Notes: a model not told the origin generated them from the letters alone. Shown: positions 16,619 to 27,166, counted from the stretch's first letter. The stretch: DNA of 64,000 nt from Bacteroidota bacterium (GCA_009773515.1 WSXX01000023.1:3971-67970), one strand, 5' to 3'. Made by a program: numbers and translations.

Positions 16619-19486
16619 ATGAATAAACCTTTTCTCGAAAGCCTTGCAGAACACATCCTGAGCAAATATCAAGGCGAAGGCAACCGTTTATGCGTGGTGA
16701 TGCCCAACCGCAGGGCCGGACTTTTCCTCAGGCAATACCTTTCGCCTGCAGATGATAAACCCATTTGGGCTCCTGCGATATTTTCAGTGGAGGATTTTGT
16801 TGCACATGTCAGCAGTTTTGCCATCCCCGATCCTCTGGTTCAAATGTCGGCACTTTACAAGGCACATTGCGAAATAAACGGAACCAAATCGCTGCCATTC
16901 GACGATTTTATAGGCTGGAGCAAAGGTCTGATCCGCGATTTTGAAGAAACCGATCAGTACCTGATTGATCCGGCATCACTTTACGGTCATTTGTCAGAAA
17001 CCAGGGCACTTTCTCTCTGGAACCTCAATGAGCGACCACTTACTGAGTTTGAGCAGAACTACCTGCAGTTTTTCCGTTCATTGCCGGAATACTATCGCAT
17101 TTACCGTGAAATATTGACCAGCCAAAACCTGGCTTATCATGGAATGGCTTGCAGAATGCTGGCTGAAAATCCCGTTGAATATCTGCTCACACCAGATTGG
17201 AACCACATAATTTTTGCAGGCTTCAATGCCATAACTCCGGCTCAGCTTAAAATTTTTTATTACCTGATTGCTTCAGGAAAAAGCGAAATTCAATGGGATG
17301 CCGATGCATATTACATCAATAATCCCGATCAGGAAGCCGGTCGATTTCTGCGCAAACATCTGAAAGATCAGAATTTAGGAAAACCAAACGAAATCAGCGA
17401 TTATTTCGGAACAACAGCCCGCAACATAAAGATTGCCGGAGTTCCGCGTCAGGTGGGGCAAACCATGCTGGCCGGTAGTTTAATTTCGGAACTGATCACA
17501 ACCCATGGCCCGGAAGTCCTGACCAAAACCGCTGTAGTTCTGGCCGATGAATCATTGCTCATTCCTTTGCTGAACGCCATTCCACCCGAAGCCGGGCAGT
17601 TTAATGTCACCATGGGTTATCCTTTGATGCAATCGCCGGTGTTTACTTTGTTTGACGGCATTATTGAAATGCATATAAATGCTTCTGCAGGCCGGTCAGC
17701 TGACTACAACGCATTTTACCATAGAAACCTGACTCAGGTGTTGCAGCACAGCCATATGCATTTTCTGGCAAAACATCAGCATATCGGTGAAGTTCTGAAA
17801 CTCATCAGGGCTTCGAAATTGTCATATATCGGGCTCAACGACCTTTCAACCATCAGCAGCAACAACTCATTTATGAAAGTTGTAAGGCTGATTATGCAGA
17901 AAACTTCAACAGTTGCCGAACTGATTCATCTGCTTCAGCAGATAATTGCAATGATGAAAGCATCGCCGGGCAGTGAAAATAACACTGAAAATCAGCGAAA
18001 CAGTGCTGAAACGGAAATACTCTTTAACCTTGCGGTAATCCTGAATAAACTGGAGACACTTTCAGCCGATGCCGGACTTATTGGTTCTCAGCGCACTCTG
18101 CGCAACCTTTTCAGGGAAGCTGCAATGTCGATGCCTGTTGCATTTTATGGTGAACCACTTAAAGGAATTCAGGTGATGGGATTGCTTGAAACCCGAACCC
18201 TCGACTTTGAAAACATCATATTACTTTCGGCAAACGAAGATAAACTGCCTTCCGGTAAAAGCTACAACAGTTTTATACCGTTTGATATCCGCAGAGAGTT
18301 CGGAATGCCGACACATCAGGATCAACAGGCGGTGTATGCTTACCATTTCTATCGGTTAATGCAACGAAGCAGCAATATCTGGCTCATTTACAATTCAGAA
18401 GCAGATGATTTAGGTGGCGGAGAAAAAAGCAGATTTATCAGCCAGATTTTACACGAATTGAATGCCTACGGTTCGATGAATACGCTTACTCAGCTTAGTC
18501 CGGTGATGGACTCTCTTTTTAAGCAACGAGCCGCATTTGTCATTGAAAAAGATCAGATTGTACTTGACAGATTGCTTGTTCTGGCAGATAATGGTTTATC
18601 GCCAACCACAGTTAACCAATATCTGAACTGCTCCATGCGCTTTTATCTTGGCACAGTTCTGGGGCTTGGCGAAACCGAAGAAGTAGAAGAAACCATTGAT
18701 TTCAGAACACTTGGAACAGTTGTTCACGAAGCACTTCAGCATTTCTACGAAAAGTACAAAGGAAGTTTCCCTTCTGCAGCCGAATATCAGCGCTTTCTGA
18801 AACAAGTACCTGAAGCAGTTTCGGCAGCTATGCAAAAACATTATCCCGGAGGAGACACAAAAAACGGCCGGAATCTGTTGATTGTAAAAGTAGCTGAAAC
18901 CTGGATAAAAAGGTTTCTTGATCTGGAATCTGAACAAGGGTATAATCCTTCAGCCGGCGACCACATGATTGCAGTTGAAGAAAGGCTTTCTGCTTCGCTC
19001 AACATTGCCACTTCATGGAAAGGCGATGTGAAAGTAAAGCTGAAAGGATCGGCCGATCGCATTGACAGGGTGAATGGGCTTACCCGGGTTATCGATTACA
19101 AAACCGGCAAAGTTGAGCAGAAAGAACTGAAGAAGAACCCCGAAGAACTGTTCATCAACGACAAAGATGTATTTCCTGAAAAGGCATTTCAGCTTTATTT
19201 TTACCTGCTGATGGCTTCACAAAACGATAAAATCAGTCAGAACACGGAAACACTCACTGCCGGCATTATAACTTTCCGTAAACTAAGCGAAGGATTTCTT
19301 CCTTTGATTACTGATGGTGCCACCACCAGTGAATCCATCACAAAATTTGGAAACCTGCTTGCAGGCCTGATAGAGGAGATTTTCGACCCGTCCATCCCAT
19401 TTACCCGCACTCCATTTGAAAAACGATGTAATAATTGCATCTTTAAGGTAATGTGCAACCGCGATAAAAAAGAGGGAGCGTGGTAA
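16619..19486 (+). CDS. AddB/RexB-like PD-(D/E)xK nuclease with Fe-S staple
   Basis: PNRRAG, QVMGLLETR, SPTTVNQYLNC, KGSADRIDR..IDYKTG, C-terminal CNNC..C. Confidence 0.8.
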   Translation: MNKPFLESLAEHILSKYQGEGNRLCVVMPNRRAGLFLRQYLSPADDKPIWAPAIFSVEDFVAHVSSFAIPDPLVQMSALYKAHCEINGTKSLPFDDFIGWSKGLIRDFEETDQYLIDPASLYGHLSETRALSLWNLNERPLTEFEQNYLQFFRSLPEYYRIYREILTSQNLAYHGMACRMLAENPVEYLLTPDWNHIIFAGFNAITPAQLKIFYYLIASGKSEIQWDADAYYINNPDQEAGRFLRKHLKDQNLGKPNEISDYFGTTARNIKIAGVPRQVGQTMLAGSLISELITTHGPEVLTKTAVVLADESLLIPLLNAIPPEAGQFNVTMGYPLMQSPVFTLFDGIIEMHINASAGRSADYNAFYHRNLTQVLQHSHMHFLAKHQHIGEVLKLIRASKLSYIGLNDLSTISSNNSFMKVVRLIMQKTSTVAELIHLLQQIIAMMKASPGSENNTENQRNSAETEILFNLAVILNKLETLSADAGLIGSQRTLRNLFREAAMSMPVAFYGEPLKGIQVMGLLETRTLDFENIILLSANEDKLPSGKSYNSFIPFDIRREFGMPTHQDQQAVYAYHFYRLMQRSSNIWLIYNSEADDLGGGEKSRFISQILHELNAYGSMNTLTQLSPVMDSLFKQRAAFVIEKDQIVLDRLLVLADNGLSPTTVNQYLNCSMRFYLGTVLGLGETEEVEETIDFRTLGTVVHEALQHFYEKYKGSFPSAAEYQRFLKQVPEAVSAAMQKHYPGGDTKNGRNLLIVKVAETWIKRFLDLESEQGYNPSAGDHMIAVEERLSASLNIATSWKGDVKVKLKGSADRIDRVNGLTRVIDYKTGKVEQKELKKNPEELFINDKDVFPEKAFQLYFYLLMASQNDKISQNTETLTAGIITFRKLSEGFLPLITDGATTSESITKFGNLLAGLIEEIFDPSIPFTRTPFEKRCNNCIFKVMCNRDKKEGAW

Positions 19487-19489
19487 ATA

Positions 19490-21001
19490 TTACTTCAAAT
19501 GCAGCCAATCAGGCGCAATATCTGCATCAATGCCAAACACCACATCACCCCAATAATACATCATCAACATAATAACCACAGCACCAACAAGATTTAGAAA
19601 CAGTCCAGATCGGGCCATTTGAGCCACGCTAATCCGCGATGTTCCAAATATAATTGCATTCGGGGGTGTTGCCACAGGCAGCATAAAAGCCATTGATGCT
19701 GACATTGTTGCGGGTATCATCAGTAAAAGCGGATTCAAATTTGAACTGATGGCAACTCCAGCCACAATTGGCAGGATCATTTCGGTGGTTGCGGTGTTGG
19801 ATGTCAGTTCAGTCAGAAAAGTCATTACCAGGGCAACAACCAGAATAATCAGCATCGGGTGCAATGCGGTTAATCCGGCAAGATTTTCACCAAACCACAA
19901 TGAAAGTCCTGATTCTTTTATTCCAGTAGCAAGTGCGAACCCTCCACCAAACAGGAGAAGAATCTGCCAGGGAAGACCAGACGCAGTTTTCCAGTCGAGC
20001 AGCGTTTTACCTTTGTGGTTACGCGAAGGAATCAGGAAAAGCACTACGGCCATAAAAATCGCAACCGTTCCATCGTTTATAAAAGTACTTTGAGGAAAAA
20101 TACGTGACCATCCGGGAATGACTAAATTGCCAAAATCAAGATCAACCCTGAGCAACCAGAGCAATGCGAGAAGAAGAAAGATCCAGGCAACCACTTTCTG
20201 CTCAAAATCAGCCTTACCCATCTCTTTTAATTGCAGATGGAAAGTGTTTTTGTCAATAGCCACCCATTCACCTTTGGTTGGCCTGAAAACAAAAAACAGG
20301 AAAGCCCATGTAATAGCAAAAAGAATCAGCGAAACAGGAAAGGCAAAAATCAGCCAGCTTGAGAATGATATTTCAGGAGCCAAAGGGAAATATATATGAA
20401 AAATACGAATAAATGAAAGATTTGGCGGGGTTCCCACCAGGGTTGCCATGCCTCCGATCGAAGCACTGTAAGCAATGCCGAGCAACAATCCAACACTGAA
20501 TTTGCTGTTTCCTCCATTGTTCATAAAATCGTCAAGCTGCTTAATGATTGACATTGCAATTGGCAGCATCATCATTACAGTCGCGGTGTTTGAAATCCAC
20601 ATTGAGAGGAAAAAAGAAGAAATCATAAATCCCAGGAGAATGCGCGCCGGGCTGACACCCGTAACACTAAGTATATTGAGCGCAATTCGCCTGTGCAGAT
20701 TCCAGCGTTCCATGGCCAAAGCCACCATAAAACCACCCATAAACAGAAAGATCACATCATTAAAGTATGCAGATGATACATCTTTGCCGTTCATGATGCC
20801 AAACAGCGGAAAAAGGGCAACCGGGAGTAAGGACGTTACAGCAAGTGGCACCGCTTCGGTGATCCACCAAACAGCCATCAGCAGTGCAACACAGAAAGTA
20901 TAGGTAACCTGAGGTTTACCGGGAACAAAATCCGCAAACAGCAAAATAAAAAGAATGACTAAAGGAGTAATCAGGAAACTAATAATTTGCTTGAAATTCA
21001 T
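19490..21001 (-). CDS. SLC13/DASS sodium:dicarboxylate-type symporter
   Basis: WISNTAT, GTPPN, ELTSNTAT, MLPVATPPNA motifs; multiple TM helices; ATG at 21001. Confidence 0.9.
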   Translation of the reverse strand: MNFKQIISFLITPLVILFILLFADFVPGKPQVTYTFCVALLMAVWWITEAVPLAVTSLLPVALFPLFGIMNGKDVSSAYFNDVIFLFMGGFMVALAMERWNLHRRIALNILSVTGVSPARILLGFMISSFFLSMWISNTATVMMMLPIAMSIIKQLDDFMNNGGNSKFSVGLLLGIAYSASIGGMATLVGTPPNLSFIRIFHIYFPLAPEISFSSWLIFAFPVSLILFAITWAFLFFVFRPTKGEWVAIDKNTFHLQLKEMGKADFEQKVVAWIFLLLALLWLLRVDLDFGNLVIPGWSRIFPQSTFINDGTVAIFMAVVLFLIPSRNHKGKTLLDWKTASGLPWQILLLFGGGFALATGIKESGLSLWFGENLAGLTALHPMLIILVVALVMTFLTELTSNTATTEMILPIVAGVAISSNLNPLLLMIPATMSASMAFMLPVATPPNAIIFGTSRISVAQMARSGLFLNLVGAVVIMLMMYYWGDVVFGIDADIAPDWLHLK

Positions 21002-21164
21002 AGGCTGCGGATTAGTCTCAGTCAATTCTGAATAACAAACTTACAGGAAATAATTATAATTTACAAGCGGAAAGGGAATATGATTATGTGTTTGACTGAC
21101 AACTTTATAGGAGTGCTATATGAGTCCAATAAATTACTTTCAGAGATAATATAGCAAAATACTA

Positions 21165-21411
21165 TGGCAAGTATTTGAACCTTCAGTTTATATCAAAAAA
21201 AAAGCCCCCTTCTGGGAGCTTTAAGCGGACCGGACGGTCTCGTCAATCAAATAATTGACGAGAGAACCCGTCTCGTCACCAGTGACGAGATGACAGGCAC
21301 GTATTCTAACCTTCAGTTTAGATCAAAAAAAAGCCCCCTTCTGGGAGCTATAGCGGACCGGACGGTCTCGTCAATAAATAATTAACGAGATGACAGGCAC
21401 GTATTCTAACC
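21165..21411 (-). repeat. Tandem tRNA-Asp-derived pseudo-copies with hairpin insertions, each followed by a terminator-like hairpin
   Basis: Copies at 21353-21411 and 21225-21311 share GGTTAGAATACGTGCCTGTCA and CCGTCCGGTCCGC with the tRNA; remnant near 21165-21188. Confidence 0.88.
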
Positions 21412-21675
21412 TAAATCCCCTTTACTTTGAGAAAGGTATGAACTTGCCAGAATTTCAATTGAACGACGATTCAGTTTCTTGAGCCGTTTCTCTTCAATTA
21501 ATGCCTCTCGTTTGGTTTCAAACTCTTTAAGATAAACCAACTTCCAGGGTCCTTTACCAGCCGTATAATGGCTCAACTCATTATTGTGTTCCCACAAACG
21601 ATGTACGGGGTCATTTGAAAAACCCTTATAGTAAACGTCAGAAATTGCAGAATAGATGATGTAAGTATAATACAT
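21406..21675 (-). CDS. Small stand-alone GIY-YIG nuclease
   Basis: YTYIIYS..YYKGFSNDPVHRLWEHN..YT..GPWKLVYLKEF..ALIEEKRLK; ATG at 21675. Confidence 0.85.
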   Translation of the reverse strand: MYYTYIIYSAISDVYYKGFSNDPVHRLWEHNNELSHYTAGKGPWKLVYLKEFETKREALIEEKRLKKLNRRSIEILASSYLSQSKGDLG

Positions 21676-21678
21676 AAT

Positions 21679-21707
21679 AAAAAAACCCCACATAACTGTG
21701 AGGCTTT
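21679..21707 (-). terminator. Terminator-like hairpin between tRNA-Asp and the GIY-YIG ATG
   Basis: AAAGCCTCACAGTTATGTGGGGTTTTTTT on the minus strand. Confidence 0.6.
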
Positions 21708-21710
21708 AAG

Positions 21711-21784
21711 CGGACCGGACGGGACTCGAACCCGCGACCACATGCGTGACAGGCACGTATTCTAACCAACTGAACTACCGATCC
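21711..21784 (-). tRNA. tRNA-Asp(GTC), CCA not encoded
   Basis: GGATCGG/CCGGTCC acceptor stem, D-loop GGTTAGA, anticodon loop CTGTCAC, T-loop TTCGAGT. Confidence 0.95.
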
Positions 21785-21818
21785 ATTTTTTTAAAGAACT
21801 TATTCTCGATTGAGACTG

Positions 21819-21826
21819 CAAATATA
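21819..21826 (-). promoter_or_regulatory. -7 box of the tRNA-Asp promoter
   Basis: TATATTTG on the minus strand; tRNA-Asn has an equivalent TAATTTTG at 51787-51794. Confidence 0.55.
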
Positions 21827-21926
21827 GAGACTTTTTTAAAACAACAAACAATTGATGAAAATTTTTTTTCAGTCGATAGTTTGAGCAGAATTAAGCCGGA
21901 AAGTGCCAGTTAAAAACTGTTACCGG

Positions 21927-22823
21927 CTACTTCCCATCCACAATAATTGAAGCCGGTTTTTTAGCATCCATAAAAATCAGCTTGGCATTTGGTGAAGTGG
22001 CAATGGCTTTGATCATTTCGTATTGAAGCTGCTTATCGCTGAGGCCGGTACTCAGAATGGTCTGGTAGTCAGCAATTCCTTGAGCTTCAACCCTTTTTCG
22101 CTCGGCTTCCTGCTTTTCTTTTTGCAATACAAAGGTCATTTTCTGAGCTTCCTGTTCGGCATTGATTTTTGATTCAATGGTTGTCTTTACCGATTCAGGC
22201 AGGGTAATATTTCTGACCAGAAGTTGCTCCAGCTCAAGTCCACGGGCTTTAAAATCTGTTTCAATGGATTTAAAAATTCTGTCCTGAAACTCATCTCTCT
22301 TTGTTGAATAAAGCGCCACAGCATCATAATATACGGCATTGTCCCTGATTTTTGTGCGGCAAAGCGGCCTCACAATGGTATTTTTATAATCTGTTCCTAT
22401 TTCCTTAAGAATCCGGGGAGCTTCGGATGATGTTACTTTATAAAGAACGGTCAGATCAATCACCACCTCCAATCCATCGGCCGAAAGAACACGGATGGCA
22501 TCATCGCTGGCTTTGTCACCTTCATCATTTATGCCTGACATGGTATAATTTTGTGTCCGGATGTCAAAAGTGACCACTTCAACCAATGGGTTTATGATAT
22601 TCAACCCACTCTCAAGTGTCTTGCTGCTTACTTTTCCGAAAAGTTTCTGCACGCCAACCTGACCGGGTTCAATCTGATAAATTGCCGAAAAAATTACACC
22701 AGCCAGCACAAGCAGAACTCCGGCAATCTTAACAATCCCCAAATAAGGTTTCAGCGGAGTTTCAGCTTTAGCCAAAGCAAAACCAATAATAAGAAGTACA
22801 ATTCCAAACAAAATAGCTGCCAT
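21927..22823 (-). CDS. SPFH/prohibitin (band 7) family protein
   Basis: N-terminal TM pair, QIEPGQVGV..LFG, LVRNITLP, coiled coil KINAEQEAQKM. Confidence 0.9.
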   Translation of the reverse strand: MAAILFGIVLLIIGFALAKAETPLKPYLGIVKIAGVLLVLAGVIFSAIYQIEPGQVGVQKLFGKVSSKTLESGLNIINPLVEVVTFDIRTQNYTMSGINDEGDKASDDAIRVLSADGLEVVIDLTVLYKVTSSEAPRILKEIGTDYKNTIVRPLCRTKIRDNAVYYDAVALYSTKRDEFQDRIFKSIETDFKARGLELEQLLVRNITLPESVKTTIESKINAEQEAQKMTFVLQKEKQEAERKRVEAQGIADYQTILSTGLSDKQLQYEMIKAIATSPNAKLIFMDAKKPASIIVDGK

Positions 22824-22948
22824 AATTCAGAGATTTTTTTCTTGTAAAGATATAAAAAGGCAGATCAGTAAATAAATAATTCGTACTTTTTACAAGCGAA
22901 AGCGAAACAACCTCTAAAGATAAGTGTTAATGTTAAAAATGGATAAAA

Positions 22949-23575
22949 ATGGATGATTTCAATATTAAGGCAACGAAATTCAGACTCAATGACTTTGAAG
23001 CGAACCGCCAGCATTTCGAAATGCTGGGGCGCCAGCAGAATCCGCACACACTCTTTATTGGTTGCTCCGATTCCAGGGTTGTCCCTTCGCTTATCACCCA
23101 ATCTGTTCCCGGTGAACTTTTTATTGTGCGCAATATAGCCAATCTGGTTCCGCCTTACCGCGAATCGGGCGAATACCTCGCCACCACCTCTGCTGTTGAG
23201 TATGCGGTGCAAATACTTAATGTTAAAAATATTATAGTCTGCGGGCACTCCAATTGCGGAGGCTGTGCAGCTTTATATCAGGCCCCCAAAGACCTTGAAA
23301 AAATTCCGCACACCCGCAGGTGGCTTGAACTGGCCATGCCTGTGAAAGAAAAAGTGCTCAAAATGGTTCCCGAAACCGATCATGCTGCCCGCGAATGGCT
23401 GACAGAACAGGTAAATGTTGTAGAACAGCTTGGTCATTTGCTGACATATCCGTATATTAAGGAGCGTGTTCAGGATGGGAGTATCCGGATTTTCGGATGG
23501 CATTACATTATCCCTACCGGAGATATTTATCAATACGACAAAGACTCTGGGCAGTTTGATCTGCTTGGCGGATAA
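22949..23575 (+). CDS. can: Beta-class carbonic anhydrase
   Basis: FIGCSDSRV, VRNIAN, CGHSNCGGC zinc-ligand motifs. Confidence 0.92.
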   Translation: MDDFNIKATKFRLNDFEANRQHFEMLGRQQNPHTLFIGCSDSRVVPSLITQSVPGELFIVRNIANLVPPYRESGEYLATTSAVEYAVQILNVKNIIVCGHSNCGGCAALYQAPKDLEKIPHTRRWLELAMPVKEKVLKMVPETDHAAREWLTEQVNVVEQLGHLLTYPYIKERVQDGSIRIFGWHYIIPTGDIYQYDKDSGQFDLLGG

Positions 23576-23662
23576 AAAAGATCTGCCAATCAAAGACATT
23601 CGGTTTAACCGGAAAGCCAATTTGCACACCTTATCAACTTTCACTTACTTTGCCCGAAAAAA

Positions 23663-24895
23663 ATGAGGGCATTCCCGGTCTTATTTATTCTGCTTACATC
23701 GCTTATAATTAATTCATTACAAACTTCAGCACAGGAAACATCCACGCCTTACAAACTTACTGTAAGCGGTTTTGTGCGTGCCGATGCCATTTTCGACAGC
23801 CGTCAGGTGGTGGAGGCCCGCGAAGGATTTCTGCTGTTTTTCCCGAAAAAACCTGAGTACGACAAAAGCGGACGTGATATAAATGCCCATCCATCGTTCA
23901 ATCAATATGCAATGACAACGCGCCTTACAGCCAAAGCAACCGGACCCGATGTGCTTGGCGCGAAAATATTCGCCCTGATTGAAGCAGACTTTACCGGAGC
24001 ATCCAATATTGAGAACAATAGTTTGAGGCTCAGGCATGGATACATTTCGATGCAATGGACCAAAACCCGCCTTATGCTCGGACAATACTGGCATCCGCTT
24101 GACCTGCCTGAAATGATACCAAATGTTCTTTCGTTGAATACCGGCGCTCCTTTTCACTCTTTCAGCCGACAACCTCAGGTGCGGATTGATTACAAAACCG
24201 GGAACCTTAATCTGGTGGCTGTGGCTGCTGCTCAGCGAGATTATGTTAATTCAGGACCGGCCGGAAGCACTTCAATATATCTGCGTAACAGTGTGATTCC
24301 CAATCTTCACGCTCAGGTTCAGTATAAAAAAAATGGCATTTTTGCCGGTGCAGGTATAGACTATAAAATGCTCACTCCAAGCCTGGTAACTGATAGTTTG
24401 TACACAGGAAATGTTACCCTGAATAGCCTTTCCTATACCGCTTTTTTCTCTGTTTCCAGAGAAGGTTTCTCCCTGAAAACTCAGTATGTTTATGGTCAGG
24501 CATTGAATGATCACCTGATGTTGGGTGGTTTTGCTCTTGCAGAAACTGAAGCCGATTCTGACAGCAGACGTTATACAGCGCTGAACCATCATTTTGTTTG
24601 GATGAATGCTTCGTACACCATAGGCAAATGGATGCCTTCGGTTTTCGCGGGATATACTTTCAACGCAGGAGCTGATGAAATGGCCTCAGCGCAGGTTTAT
24701 GCCCGCGGCGCCGACATTGCTTATGTTTACAGGTTCGCCCCCATGATCACTTTCACTACAGGCAAATTCAGCCTGATTGGCGAGGTGGAATATACTGCTG
24801 CTGCGTATGGCGAGAATACCGATAAGTTAAGGGTAATAAACACCCGTGAAACAGGAAATTTCAGAATCGGACTGGGAGCTGTTTACAGCTTTTAA
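23663..24895 (+). CDS. Outer-membrane porin, DcaP-like
   Basis: Signal peptide, [29 protein letters not shown], terminal Phe. Confidence 0.65.
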   Translation: MRAFPVLFILLTSLIINSLQTSAQETSTPYKLTVSGFVRADAIFDSRQVVEAREGFLLFFPKKPEYDKSGRDINAHPSFNQYAMTTRLTAKATGPDVLGAKIFALIEADFTGASNIENNSLRLRHGYISMQWTKTRLMLGQYWHPLDLPEMIPNVLSLNTGAPFHSFSRQPQVRIDYKTGNLNLVAVAAAQRDYVNSGPAGSTSIYLRNSVIPNLHAQVQYKKNGIFAGAGIDYKMLTPSLVTDSLYTGNVTLNSLSYTAFFSVSREGFSLKTQYVYGQALNDHLMLGGFALAETEADSDSRRYTALNHHFVWMNASYTIGKWMPSVFAGYTFNAGADEMASAQVYARGADIAYVYRFAPMITFTTGKFSLIGEVEYTAAAYGENTDKLRVINTRETGNFRIGLGAVYSF

Positions 24896-25152
24896 ATACT
24901 TGCAGGGTTTTCAGCAAGCAACCAACGGAAAACACCTTCTGCTTCCTGTCGTGAATCCCCGCAAAATTCCATTTCAGGTTTAAACCCGATACAAACTGCC
25001 GGCCTTTCGGGTTTCCCGAAAAGTTTGCAATTCAATTCCTCATCCAGCTGAATGCAGGGAACCATAGCCGGTTTACCGTCAGGCATTCCGGGAATGGACG
25101 AACTGATGGATGGGTAAATGCAACAAACGGCGCAATGAGAACGGCAGATCAT
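24892..25152 (-). CDS. YkgJ-family cysteine-cluster protein
   Basis: [29 protein letters not shown]; ATG at 25152. Confidence 0.7.
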   Translation of the reverse strand: MICRSHCAVCCIYPSISSSIPGMPDGKPAMVPCIQLDEELNCKLFGKPERPAVCIGFKPEMEFCGDSRQEAEGVFRWLLAENPASI

Positions 25153-25260
25153 TTTCAGGATGAGATTTTTATGGCGCAAAGGTAAATAAACTCAGGGCAA
25201 ATGAGGATAAATACCAATTTGCCAGCCAACAGCACTGCATTTGCAATGATTCTAAATAAA

Positions 25261-25280
25261 AAAGGGGCCTGAGCCCCTTT
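25261..25280. terminator. Terminator after pckA
   Basis: AAAGGGGC-CTGA-GCCCCTTT with an upstream A-run. Confidence 0.7.
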
Positions 25281-25283
25281 CAA

Positions 25284-26918
25284 TTAAAGTTGTGGTCCGG
25301 CTGCAACCAAGTGCTTGCCTTCGTCGTTGTCGGTGTATTTCGCAAAATTATCGATAAACCTTTTAGCCAGGTCTTTGGCTTTTTCGTCCCAAACAGCTGC
25401 TGAAGGATAAGTATCTCTTGGGTCGAGCACGGCAGGATTTACACCATGCAGATCGGTTGGCACTTCCAGGTTAAAGTAAGGAATCATTTTGGTAGGTGCA
25501 TGATCAATTGAACCATCAAGAATGGCATCAATAATGGCGCGGGTATCCTTGATGGATATACGTTTACCTGTTCCATTCCAACCGGTATTTACCAGATAGG
25601 CTTTTGCACCAGCACTTTCCATACGTTTTACCAACTCCACACCATATTTTGTGGGATGCAGGGTAAGGAATGCGTTTCCAAAGCAAGCCGAGAAGGTTGG
25701 CTGCGGAGTTGTTACTCCACGCTCAGTGCCGGCAAGTTTGGCGGTAAATCCTGAAAGAAAATGATACTTTGTCTGATCAGCGGTAAGCTTTGAAACCGGA
25801 GGTAAAACGCCGAAAGCATCAGCGGTAAGGAAAATAACCTTAGTGGCATGTCCACCCTTTGAAATGGGTTTTACAATGTTCTCAATGTGATAAATGGGAT
25901 AGGAAACACGGGTGTTTTCGGTTTTGGAAGCATCGGCAAAATCAATGGTTCCATCAGGAAGTACAACCAGGTTTTCGAGCAAAGCATCGCGGCGGATGGC
26001 ATGATAAATATCCGGCTCATTTTCTTCGCTCAGATTTATACACTTGGCATAGCAACCTCCTTCGAAGTTAAAAACACCATCATCATCCCAGCCATGCTCA
26101 TCATCGCCGATAAGTGCGCGTTTGGGATCAGCTGAAAGTGTGGTTTTCCCGGTTCCTGAAAGTCCGAAGAAAATAGCAACATCACCATCTTTTCCCATGT
26201 TGGCTGAGCAGTGCATTGATGCGATATTTTTAAGCGGCAGGTAATAATTCATCATTGAAAAAATACCTTTTTTCATTTCACCGCCATACCAGCTGCCGCC
26301 GACAATCTGAACGCGCTCGGTAAGGTTGAAGGCAACAAAATTCTCTGAGTTCAAACCCTGCTCCTGCCATTGCGGGTTTACGGCCTTGGCACCGTTGATG
26401 AGCACAAAGTCCGGCTTGAAATTCTCAAGTTCTTTGTCGCTTGGGCGGATAAACATATTTTTTACAAAATGAGCCTGCCAGGCTACTTCCATGATAAAAC
26501 GAACGCTGAGGCGCGAATCTGGATTGGCTCCTGCAAAAGCATCAACGACATACAGTTTTTTGTTGGACAACTGCCTGCTGACGATTCCTTTGAGATGTGC
26601 CCAGATATCGGGTGTGATGGGTCGGTTGTCATTCTTCCCGATTGTACTCCACCAAACGGTGTTTTCGCTTACCGCATCGTGTACAATGTACTTGTCCTTT
26701 GGTGATCGTCCGGTAAAAATTCCGGTATCAACCGAAACTGCTCCCGTTTTAGTGAGCACACCACGCTCAAAGCCTTCAAGCGAGGGATCCATTTCATGCT
26801 CAAATAACTCTTCGAATGAAGAATTGTAATAGATTTTTTCAACATTGGAAATGCCGTACAGAGAAAGATCTATCGACTTCCCTTTTAAGGTAAGAACATT
26901 GTCAGACAGGTTGGCCAT
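25284..26918 (-). CDS. pckA: Phosphoenolpyruvate carboxykinase (ATP)
   Basis: [44 protein letters not shown]. Confidence 0.97.
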   Translation of the reverse strand: MANLSDNVLTLKGKSIDLSLYGISNVEKIYYNSSFEELFEHEMDPSLEGFERGVLTKTGAVSVDTGIFTGRSPKDKYIVHDAVSENTVWWSTIGKNDNRPITPDIWAHLKGIVSRQLSNKKLYVVDAFAGANPDSRLSVRFIMEVAWQAHFVKNMFIRPSDKELENFKPDFVLINGAKAVNPQWQEQGLNSENFVAFNLTERVQIVGGSWYGGEMKKGIFSMMNYYLPLKNIASMHCSANMGKDGDVAIFFGLSGTGKTTLSADPKRALIGDDEHGWDDDGVFNFEGGCYAKCINLSEENEPDIYHAIRRDALLENLVVLPDGTIDFADASKTENTRVSYPIYHIENIVKPISKGGHATKVIFLTADAFGVLPPVSKLTADQTKYHFLSGFTAKLAGTERGVTTPQPTFSACFGNAFLTLHPTKYGVELVKRMESAGAKAYLVNTGWNGTGKRISIKDTRAIIDAILDGSIDHAPTKMIPYFNLEVPTDLHGVNPAVLDPRDTYPSAAVWDEKAKDLAKRFIDNFAKYTDNDEGKHLVAAGPQL

Positions 26919-27140
26919 CAGAATTGTGTTTTGATTATAAGTGGTTGGTTGTATTGATTCATCTAAATATGATCGATTGCCCCATAGGGTCTATTGCAAT
27001 CGATTGCAAAAGTAATAATTTATTGTAAATCCAACATTCATATTTAATTTTTTGATTTTGAAATTAAAGTCAGCTAGACTTAAGGGGAAAAGAAAATATC
27101 ATACTGATGGCTGAATAGTGCACTATTGTAAGGAAAAACG

Positions 27141-27166
27141 AAAAGGCTACCCGTTGGCAGCCTTTT
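27141..27166. terminator. Terminator after ppdK
   Basis: AAAAGGCT(A)CC..GG(C)AGCCTTTT. Confidence 0.65.

Noticed and set aside
21165-21411. CRISPR array
   Set aside because: The repeats are tRNA-Asp fragments plus terminators, with no unique spacers and no cas genes.
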